From Candidatus Iainarchaeum sp. (GTDB lineage: Archaea; Iainarchaeota; Iainarchaeia; Iainarchaeales; DTGL01), in the NCBI GenBank assembly GCA_038895395.1, contig JAWANJ010000002.1, positions 1 to 61,598 on the forward strand: a stretch of 61,598 nucleotides of DNA, in the 5' to 3' direction. The notes beneath the pieces were generated by a model, which was not told the DNA's origin, searched no databases, and saw only the letters and a list, made by a program, of their open reading frames with translations. Of the stretch, positions 37,684-47,200 are shown one piece after another. The translations under genes were made by a program, and so were the position numbers. The stretch's first letter is position 1; the number at the start of each line of letters is the position of its first letter.

Positions 37684-38352
37684 TTAAGAAATTCTCAAAA
37701 TAAGCTTTTTCGTTGATTCTAGGACTTTTTCCAAAAGTTCCTTTGTGGCCGCAATGTCGCCTTTCATACTATCTATGTCTTCCTTTATCTTTTCTATATC
37801 TGTTTGTATTTTTGCTACCTGTTCACTCATTGTTAATGGGCACTCTGGTTTTTGAGTAGCTGCTTTTTGAATGGTCTTATGCAAATCTTCCAAAACATTT
37901 GCCTGCTGTACTACTGCAGCTTGTAATGTTGTATGGTGCAAATCATGTTCAAGCTTTGTTTCATCTATGCGGTTTATAATCTTGTCTACAGGTCCAATCT
38001 TTTTTTCTTCAATTTCTATATACTCAGGTTCAGCAGACTCCAGGAAAGAACCAATCTCACCACCCAAATCGATGCTTTCTTCATCCTCTTTTAAATTTTC
38101 TTTTTTAGCTATTGTTGGTTCCGGTCTCAGCTCGGCCTTTTTTATTGTCATTTCGTTATCAACAGCTGCTTGCTTAACCTCTTGCTTCAGTGGCTCATTT
38201 TTAGAAGCTTTCTCAAGGAGGGTCTTGCCACGCTCTCTACTAATGCCTACATCTTCAAGTGTGTCTAAAATTATATCATCTTCTAGTCCAGAATCTTTCA
38301 TACGCTTTATAGTTTCAACTAGCACTGTCTCGTCCACCAAAAACACCGCCAT
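37684..38352 (-). CDS. acidic coiled-coil protein
   Basis: 222 aa, very Glu/Lys-rich, with heptad-like C-terminal segments (IQTDIEKIKEDIDSMKGDIAATKELLEKVLE). No TM helix. Confidence 0.5.
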   Translation of the reverse strand: MAVFLVDETVLVETIKRMKDSGLEDDIILDTLEDVGISRERGKTLLEKASKNEPLKQEVKQAAVDNEMTIKKAELRPEPTIAKKENLKEDEESIDLGGEIGSFLESAEPEYIEIEEKKIGPVDKIINRIDETKLEHDLHHTTLQAAVVQQANVLEDLHKTIQKAATQKPECPLTMSEQVAKIQTDIEKIKEDIDSMKGDIAATKELLEKVLESTKKLILRIS

Positions 38353-38480
38353 TATTTGCTAAAATATTAAGCATCCATTATTTAAAAAGCTAACTTTCTT
38401 TGTTAAATAAAAAATAACTCAACCAAGCGGCAAAAGATAGGTTTAAATGTTATAAATTTTTTATTTATAATGGTGAACCG

Positions 38481-39998
38481 ATGGAATTAAATGTCACTGG
38501 TGGTCCTTGGCACGACCTACTAATAGGGAGCATAGAAGGCTTCGATTACGAAGTAAAAATAAGCAAAGACAATACAATTATTTCAATGATTTATGAAAAA
38601 TCTGGAAAGACGATAAAAGCCGTTCTTTTAGAGGTTTTTCGTGTTCTTCATGCAAAAGGTGATGCAACGTCTTTTTTAAGGCACATCCCAAAACGAACCA
38701 TAGCACTAAACATACATTCTCAAGATGGTTCAAGCCAATTTATACTTATAGACTCTGGCATAGAATATATACCATATGATAAAAACAACATAATACAAAA
38801 AGTTGAAGAGATGATAAAAAGAATAGAATCACTTACAAACATTTTATTAAAGGTTAGTTTGGCCTATGATATAAAACTAACTGAGCTTAAGGACTGCGAT
38901 GAAGAAATAAAATCAACCTTTTTTTCAATGCCATTAGTAAATTTGCTTGTTGCACCATTGACAAAAAAATGTCACAGTCCAGATATTTTGGAAGTATCGC
39001 ATGGTGAAATTCATCTAGGTATAACTAAAACTGGTGCCATGGTAAAGGAACCGTTTGACTTTTTCGAAAGGACTGTAGTTTTTGGTGGTCAGGAAAAGGA
39101 TCGTATTCATGTTTTGCACATACTTGCAGAAAGCGCGATCATATCTGGATTCCCGTTGATAATAATTGATTGGACTGATTCTTTCAGAGGTCTAAATGTA
39201 GCAAACCAAAATATTGCTGAACTAACAAAATATAAGGTTGAGCTTGATCCAGTTGGTTTTCCAACAAAGGTTTTTACTGCTGGGGTTGATATTAAAGTCC
39301 AAGTGGAATATATTGATCCAGAGGTTTTAATAGAACTATTTGGGATTGGAAAAAACATTGCGGGACAAGTAATAATTGAAGCTTTTAAAAAAGGCAACTT
39401 CAAGACGATAGAAGAATTAAAAAAGAAAATTTCTGAGATTGAAGAAACACCAAAGATAACCCCTTTTGTAAAAAGAGAGGCACAGAGAATAATAGAGGTT
39501 ATAGAATGTATTTATCCAGACATATTCTCAAACACAACACCGGTTGAAGAGATTACAAAAAAGTGGGCGAGGGGGCTAAGCAGAGCAAACATCCTGTTGT
39601 TCAAAGGCGATGATTTTAGAAAAAGCATTTTAATTCTTCAAACTACGCTTGTTGCACTCAAAAATCACTTAAAAAGTCAAGGCGCTAGCAATAAAATGAG
39701 AGCCATCTTGTTTTTCACAGCAGGCAATATGACAATACCAAGATTTTCTGCAACGTATACAAACAAAAGGCTTGCATCTGATGTTTCAGAGATGACAAAA
39801 TATGGTTGTGGTCTTATCTTGGAAGCTAATGACAAGATTGACATAAACCCAGATGTTTCCAAACTTTTCTTTACTTCAATAGGGATAATTGCTGGCAATG
39901 ATGCTGCTGTAGTTATAGAAAACAGAAAAAACTACCGTGTTTTTATAAGGCCAGGCCTTAGCGACTGTTGTAGCAAAATTAGCTCAAAAATCTTTTGA
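38481..39998 (+). CDS. HerA/FtsK-superfamily (DUF87-like) protein with apparently degenerate Walker A/B motifs
   Basis: 505 aa. TVVFGGQEKDRIHVLHILAESAIISGFPLIIIDWTDSF aligns by eye with the HerA block i.G.tGSGKS....l.e....g.pvlifDphGEY. The C-terminal TKYGCGLILEANDKIDINPDVSKLFFTSIGIIAGND resembles the RKyG.glilvsQrPsdid...ls block. GKS/T is replaced by EKD, and the expected Walker B acidic pair by FFTAGN. Confidence 0.45.
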   Translation: MELNVTGGPWHDLLIGSIEGFDYEVKISKDNTIISMIYEKSGKTIKAVLLEVFRVLHAKGDATSFLRHIPKRTIALNIHSQDGSSQFILIDSGIEYIPYDKNNIIQKVEEMIKRIESLTNILLKVSLAYDIKLTELKDCDEEIKSTFFSMPLVNLLVAPLTKKCHSPDILEVSHGEIHLGITKTGAMVKEPFDFFERTVVFGGQEKDRIHVLHILAESAIISGFPLIIIDWTDSFRGLNVANQNIAELTKYKVELDPVGFPTKVFTAGVDIKVQVEYIDPEVLIELFGIGKNIAGQVIIEAFKKGNFKTIEELKKKISEIEETPKITPFVKREAQRIIEVIECIYPDIFSNTTPVEEITKKWARGLSRANILLFKGDDFRKSILILQTTLVALKNHLKSQGASNKMRAILFFTAGNMTIPRFSATYTNKRLASDVSEMTKYGCGLILEANDKIDINPDVSKLFFTSIGIIAGNDAAVVIENRKNYRVFIRPGLSDCCSKISSKIF

Positions 39999-40439
39999 AG
40001 TAATGTCTCTTCTCTGTGATTGACCAAGTATTTCCTTTAGCTGATCTATAGTAACAAGTTCCAACGGATTTATAGCTGAAACTATCTGCTTAAGTTCGTT
40101 AAACTCACCATGGCTAACGAATTCTTTTCTAAGGTGTGTTACAATTTCACTTAATTCTTCAATTTTTTTGTTTGTGTCTTCAATACTTCTTTCAATTTCG
40201 ATGAGCCGCCTGCTAAAATCTTCAGATAATTTTTCATTAGGCCCGCTCTCGGCTAATTCACGAACCTTTTTGTTTAATACAATAATATTTCTGCCCAAAA
40301 TCTTTTCGTTTCTTGCTATGTGCCGCATCTTTTGAGAAATAAGTGAAACCGCACTGTTCAAAGCTTTCACATCTTCCATTAGTTGCATAAGTATAGTTGA
40401 TGTTTTTATAGGTCTTGTTTCGGCTCTTTCTTCTACCAT
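39984..40439 (-). CDS. coiled-coil protein, last gene of the giant-protein transcription unit
   Basis: 151 aa, heptad-rich (RRLIEIERSIEDTNKKIEELSEIVTHLRKEF). Its 3' end overlaps the convergent 505-aa gene by 15 nt. Confidence 0.5.
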   Translation of the reverse strand: MVEERAETRPIKTSTILMQLMEDVKALNSAVSLISQKMRHIARNEKILGRNIIVLNKKVRELAESGPNEKLSEDFSRRLIEIERSIEDTNKKIEELSEIVTHLRKEFVSHGEFNELKQIVSAINPLELVTIDQLKEILGQSQRRDITSKDF

Positions 40440-40483
40440 CTTATTATAAGAAGACTCTTTAATATTTAAATGTTTTCTATGGT

Positions 40484-40804
40484 TTATCTTCTAATTTGTG
40501 CAAGTCCCCACATGACAGCCGCAATGAAGTTATATGCTAGAAGAACAAATAAAAATATGTAGAGGCTAGCGGTTATGTATGCATGTTTTATCACAAGTAT
40601 GTAAACTAGCACACCGCTTATAATTAGCGTAAGTGCGTTTGATCCAAGTATGCTTCTAACTGTTGCAAATATAAGTATTGTAAGTATAAGCCTTATCAAA
40701 AGGTCCGCTGGCTTAAAGAGGCTCATCACTATAGGTGGTAACAATAGAAGCACAATTAGAGCTATAAATATTAAAACCATTAAATGAATGCCTTTTTGCT
40801 TCAT
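40484..40804 (-). CDS. small membrane protein (3 TM)
   Basis: 106 aa. Its start ATG overlaps the stop of the upstream ORF (ATGA at 40801-40804), which suggests translational coupling. Confidence 0.55.
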   Translation of the reverse strand: MKQKGIHLMVLIFIALIVLLLLPPIVMSLFKPADLLIRLILTILIFATVRSILGSNALTLIISGVLVYILVIKHAYITASLYIFLFVLLAYNFIAAVMWGLAQIRR

Positions 40805-41226
40805 CTTGGCAAGCCTCCGCGTCTTTTTGCCATAGCATGTAAATTTCTAGCTGCTTGAAGCTTAGCTGTTCTTTGAGCTAGGTCCAAAGATGAGCTTACG
40901 GGGGAATTTTCATTTTCAGCCATGGCTGCGCGTCTGTCGCTGGTCATACCACCGATAAAGAAAAAGTCAACAAGCATGCCACTAATACCTAGGGTCAGAA
41001 GCACATAAAATAAATATATTCCACCAAAAAAAACCCAATACTCAAATATTATAAACCAAGATATGCCTAATATGAGCAAAACAGCAAGTTGCCTGTTTTC
41101 AACGTGATTTAAAACAAAAGAAATTATAGAGATAAGTGCAAATATCTTGAGCACAAGCATAAAGTCTTGTATAATCTCAGTAAAAAGCATTAGTTGTGAT
41201 AGGAGCAAAATTTGTATAATTTCCAT
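40801..41226 (-). CDS. small membrane protein (3-4 TM) with a basic C-terminal tail
   Basis: 141 aa, 51 nt downstream of giant gene G1. Tail: RRAAMAENENSPVSSSLDLAQRTAKLQAARNLHAMAKRRGGLPR. Confidence 0.55.
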   Translation of the reverse strand: MEIIQILLLSQLMLFTEIIQDFMLVLKIFALISIISFVLNHVENRQLAVLLILGISWFIIFEYWVFFGGIYLFYVLLTLGISGMLVDFFFIGGMTSDRRAAMAENENSPVSSSLDLAQRTAKLQAARNLHAMAKRRGGLPR

Positions 41227-41277
41227 AAAATAAATATATTTTTCGAGTTTAAATTAATTTCCATGTGGTTTTACTGT

Positions 41278-44200
41278 TCAATTACAACTCCTTCTAGTAA
41301 GGACATTGATCACTGAATTTTCTTTAAGAGCTTTTGGATTCCACCACAGTGACATGCTATTGTCATTAGCATCTACACACAATAGCCCTTCTTTCGCCTT
41401 TTCAATGAGCTCTTTTATAGATCCAACTTCTGGGTTTTCTGCACCTTTTAAGTTATGTGCGATATGCTCACTGAGCTGTTGATCTAAAAACTTAACATTT
41501 GGCGAAGCGGAAGTCAAAACATAGTTCTTACCTTGTGGAGAGAAAAACACTGAACTGAAAAAGTCGTTCCTTATTTCCATGCCTCTGTCAAATTCCAGGC
41601 CATAAGTTTCGGGTTCAAGCTTTTTATCTGGGTAATTCAAAATTTCACTTAAACTCTCGTTTTCTGATGACTTACAGCTTTCAATCCAATTCCAATAAGC
41701 TAAATTGTCTCCAACATCTGTTGTTTTTCCGTTTTCTAAAAGTTTGTAACTTGCTGTTAATTTTTCGTCTAATTTTTTTGAGGTTTGATCTGAGACCTTC
41801 ATAATTGCTATTGAAGCAGTGTTTGGTGAAAACCTCAATAGTAATTCGTTTTCCTTAATTGTGCCACTCAAGATGTTTCCACGCGTTTTTGGATCAACGT
41901 TTGTATATTTTATATCATCTATTATTTCTGTCCTAACCTTTACCAGTGGGGCGCCTTTGCTACCTTCAGTTCTAAGCTCTATTCCACCATAATTGCTAAT
42001 AGTAATTGGTTTGCTAGTATTCTCATAACCACTGCCATATCCAATTCTACCATTAGAGCTCTTTAGGCCCACTTCACCATCTATCGGCCAATAGTAGAAC
42101 AAAGATTCTGGCTCTGGTGGGGAGATTTTACTGTACTTGACCTTAACCAAAGCGTTTGGTTTGTTGTTTCTAAAGAAAGAAAAACTATTGTTAAAGTCAA
42201 TCTCAAGAAATACGTGATAGCGCCCAGGCCCAAGCAGCTTTCTTTCAGGGTTTCCAGTTTCAAATGCTAGGGCATTTTGACTGATAAAGTACTCCTTAAA
42301 GCCCCCGCTGTTTTTGAACCAAAATGGAACTTCAAAGAATGTTTGTGTTGTGTAGTACTCCGCAAAGTCACTCTTAAAATCTTCAGTGTAGCCGTCCATT
42401 ATCAATAACGCGTCAAACTCCAACAATTTTTTCAAAAATTGAATCTTTTCCTGCACAGTTGAACCAGGCCAACCACTGGGCCACTTAATTTCTTTTACAT
42501 TAACATATTCATTCCAATTACTTAAATTTCTGTCAATAAAGTAAAATAAAGCGGGAACACCCTCAATTTTCTTTGTGCTATAAGGTATCCAGCACTCGCC
42601 GTTATCTGCTGATATGGTGAACGCTACAGTAACTTCTTTGCTTGTGTTGCAGCCCCTACTACATTGAGTAATATATGCTAAACCAAAGTAAACATCATTT
42701 TTGCCTTTATCGAGATTGTCAAACAGGCACTCAACAGTGGTAACAGTATTCTTAACAACATTAATCTCTTTTTCACATTCTTTAGCATAGTCGCTACTCT
42801 TAAGTAAGAATTTAACTCTTAGCTTTTGATCTTCACTTGTTTTGTTTTCTATCGTGGCGCTCAGCGTAACTGCTGTTCTTGAAGCATTTAGTTTGTAATC
42901 TAAATTACTTATACCTACTTCATTGCTCCTAATGATGGCAGTTGATTTGCCATCCGTTGTGCTTTTAGAAATACCTTCACTCAAAACTGAACGTGGGTGT
43001 TTTGGACAGGCAAAGTAGTAATCATTCGCTTTGAAAAACTCTTCCAGCATGTAAAGCCTTTTTGTTAGAGCTATGCTATTTTGTACTGCATCGCAGTATA
43101 TGGCGCTTTCATTTTCAGCATCGCAAGAGTTCCAATCAATAGAATCCCATCTCCAATCAAGCTTTACTTTTGGGCTAACATCTTCTGCTAAATAACCTGT
43201 TTTTGTTCCCAAACTGCAACCTTTTAAACCACTGATGCTTTTTAGTTTGTCCCCAATATTTGAATTTGTTACAAATCTCAAATGGACTTTCTGTGAGTAT
43301 TCCCTTGTTTCAGTGTCTGGAACATTAAAAACACCAAAGTCAGCTTTGTCCCTTTCCATTTTGGGGTTTAAGTGTGTCGGGTCACCGTGTATGTGTTCAT
43401 TAACGACTATTTCTAATATTCCATACTCGCCCTTTTCTGCCGCGCGGTTTGTGTTGTTTTCAAAGTTTATTGTAACTATTTGTTCCTTCTTGCTATAATT
43501 GCTTTCTCCCTCTTCTTTGCTTAGTGCCACATCATAGGGTAGCTCTAAAACCTCAAGCCTTTTTATGTCGGAAGGTAGGTTTATTACGTAATCCATAAAA
43601 GCGTAAGTCGCCATTTGAACATCGCATTGTGCTCCAGAAATTGTAAAAAATGTAGTTATGGCAGCGCCTACAAAGCATAAAACACCCGCCCAAAAGCCAC
43701 CTTGTGTAGCGCAAGTAACGCCTGCGAGCAGTCCAGCACCCGCAGCTACTGCAACATTCACCCAAAACCCCGGTTTATCCAATGTTGCTCTCTGAAGGGC
43801 CTTATTCATCACACAATATTCAGGCAATTCTTCGCCTTCTCTGCATGCTGTGCATAGCTTTGCAGTTATGTTTACATCTTCAACCCACATCTTGTTGATC
43901 AAGTTTGCAGAATCCTTCCAATTGGTTTGTGCAGTTAGTATAAACTCATACCTATTCATGCTGAAATATTGTCCTTTTCCAGGTTCTATTATTGTGTCAA
44001 TAGTATCTATATACTGATATTCTGTTTCAGGTGCTTTCGCATACAATGTTATCCCATAAATTCCAGGTATTTGCTCTCTGTGTATTGTTATTGTTTTGGA
44101 GGTCTCATTCTTTGTAAATTTAAGTTCTTCGTATGGGACCAGAGTGATGCCACCTTCTTTTGTACCACCACGACATCTTGGGTCGTCCTTGCATAGCCAA

Positions 44201-47200
44201 ACCGAGATATTTATGTTGCATGAATTTGCATCTATAGTCATTGTGGTTTCATTTTGTTCTGGTTTTAAAACAATCTTTTTTGGATAGCGTATGCAATCCT
44301 TTAAATTCACAATCAGGATATTGGCATTTATTTTTGAATCAGCTCCAACAAAGACAAGCCCTTTGTCTGTTTTTATCTGACCATCGAACTCAATTGTAAA
44401 AATTGCGGTTTCGCCTTTGTATTCTTCTCCGGGTTTGAAAGTGATTATTGTAGAGTAAGTGCCAGAACGTAACTCGTTTTCAAATTTATCAAACAATTTT
44501 GTCCAAACACCACTTCTTAAAATCTTTGTAACTGTTGCTCCACCGGGGGAATTTATTGTGATTTCCACAGCCCCAGCTTTTTTTGAGTTTGATGCCCAAG
44601 TAAGCTTTGCTTGGAGATTTTCAAGATCTACGGGTTTGCCGTTGCTTACACACAAGTTAGATAACTTAACTTCTGTCTTTGCTAGGTTGTCTACAGTTGC
44701 TATGTTCCATTCTGGTACATTTGGGCCTGATAAAGATATACATGGGGCGTTTTCTGGCAAACCGCCTAAAGAGACATTTGCAGTAAAAGGAACAACAAAA
44801 GTATATGTCAAAGAGTGCTTTTGTACCAACACAATAATTTCTATGCTTCCAGATATTTGAGTGTTGCTCTGTAATAGTGACTCTGCATTTGGCGAAAGTA
44901 GCACTTTAAGTGCAAAGTCCAGCTGGTCTTTTGGTTTTACTTTTTGTCCAACAACCGTTGTTGCGTTTGCATTCATTGTTTTTTCATCCAATATATCATA
45001 AAAGTTTCCAACAAATCTTACACTCTTTAACAAAAGTTCTGAGCCGCTTTTATTCTCCAGACTCAAGACTATCTTTTCTTCTGTCTTTGAGGATGTGTTT
45101 AAGCTAACAGAAACACTTTCTGGTACAACGCGTGCAACATTAGAGTCGATAGTAATGACTTTTTTGAAAGGAGAATAACCCATTTTTTCAGCAGTTATTT
45201 CTACTCTGGTGTTTGGTAGTGATTCTACTAACTTAAAAACTGCAAGCCCATTGGCATCAGTAAGTTGCTGAACCACTTCATTAGTGCCATCATCATGTGT
45301 TCTGTGCATTGTTACGAGAACATCCTTAACCTTTTTCTTTTCCCCATCTCTTATATTAACCTTAAGCTCATATTCTGTGAATGGTGCCAATTTCTCTGGT
45401 TCAATGTTTACGTCGAGCTTTCCGACAGAGTAAACCTTTATTGGAACTACTTTGGAAAAAACTACAAATTTGTCAGCAATTATGTCTATTGCTATATTAG
45501 TTGTTGTTTCATCGTTTGTTTTGAACCTTATGTTTGTATTTAATGTCTTTCCATAATCAAATCCAACTAAGTTTTCTTTAAACTCATTGTCTTGTGGCAT
45601 ATACTCTTTTTGCTCGATATCAGCTGTTATCAACATCTTTTCAAAGACCAACGCTGAATCTGACTTTCCTTGTGTTTTGTTTTTTATTCTAATCTCTAAC
45701 GAACCATATTCTTTTTGTGAGTTGTTGAGCAAGTCTAAAATAAGATTGTAGTCTCCAAACAGCACTGTTGAGTAGGGTTCCTTTAAGAAGATATCCTCTT
45801 GTGCATCGTACATCCAAACGCCTGTAACACAAAAAAGCTCTTTGCAAACCCCTTCAGAGCCTTCATAAAATCTAATTTCATGCGTTTTAGCATATAGAGC
45901 ATCCTTTGTGGATGTTCTCTCTAGATCGCCAAGCTCTTCATCATAAGGTTCTCTTACATATGCAGTGTTGATAACCGCATAGCTTCTATAATGGAAAGTT
46001 ATGGGTGTTTTTGGTCTTGTAGAATCCTTGATTTTAATTTTTATTGGTACTGTGTATACAGAGGCTTTGGGGCTCAACCACTCTATGGATACCCATTTTC
46101 CGTCTGATCCAACAATTTCCTCTAGCGCTTCGGACTTTGGCGGATTATATGTTTTACCTATTCTAACCATGGTTCCTTTGATGTCAACGCCCTTTATAAA
46201 TGCTGGCTCCAAATTAACATCACTTTTTTCACCTATTCTAAAGTGGAATCCAACTTTTGAAGCACCCGGTGGGTAAAAAAGCATAAATTTGGCAACATAC
46301 TCTTTGCCTGCCTTGATGCTAGCAGAAGCTCCGCCATTTTGATCAAAGATACCTAAAAATTCAATCTTTGGTTTTGGAAGCTCACCTTCTTTGAGCAACA
46401 CTGCTTTTATTTCATATGTTTCGTTTGGCCATAATTGTATGGTTTCACTTTCATAGTTAAGAAAGCCATCTTTGCTTACCACAACATATATGCTTTGGGC
46501 TGCTTTAACCTCATATTCCTTTTCACCATCAACCATAACAATTTTGCCCTTTGTAAGAGAATTTCTATCTATGGAGGAAAAAACTTCAAAATAAGACTCC
46601 GGAATCTTAATACCGCGAGAATCAAATGCACTTACCTTAAGAATGCTCTTGCCAATCGTTATGGTAACCTCGAAATAATTGTTTTCGTCTGGTATTATTT
46701 TCTTAGCCTGCGCTGCAGAACCTCCAGATGCTGGATATTTTATAACAAAAGGATATACCTCTTCACTTAACCAGCCCAAAACAAATTCAGCTATGCCATT
46801 AGAGTCTGTAAGCTTATAGTTTTGACTCGAAGGAAGTTCAACAATAGAGTCAGTAGCTTTGTACTTAAACATTACCTTAGCATCTTTTACAGGTGCTCCG
46901 TCTTCATCAAGAACTTTTACAATAGTTCGCCCACTGTTAGCCTCAGTTATTCTTTCGAGCTCAACAGTTAAAGATTCCATTGAAGAGCTGATGTTTATGT
47001 CTAAAGTTTTTGGGAAATATCCTTCTTTTTTTGCAACAACAGTATATTTGCCAAAATCAAAAAAAGAAAATCTAACAACACCGCCTTCTTTTGTAATATC
47101 GCTTGCAATTGCTTTTTTATCAAATAGGACTTTGACTTCTACGTTCTCTACAGCACTTTGAGTTTCCATTTCAATTGTTCTAACTAATAAAACCGCACTT

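Noticed and set aside
43553-43765. 70-aa Cys/Arg-rich ORF (MGECCSSCGCWTARRRY...) inside G1, and dozens of other 60-140-aa ORFs within or antisense to G1-G3 (e.g. 44459..44860, 52672..53079, 59011..59424)
   Set aside because: They are alternate-frame or antisense read-throughs of long, well-supported ORFs. The unusual composition at 43553-43765 simply mirrors the GC-rich Gly/Ala codons of the TM hairpin. There are no independent start signals.
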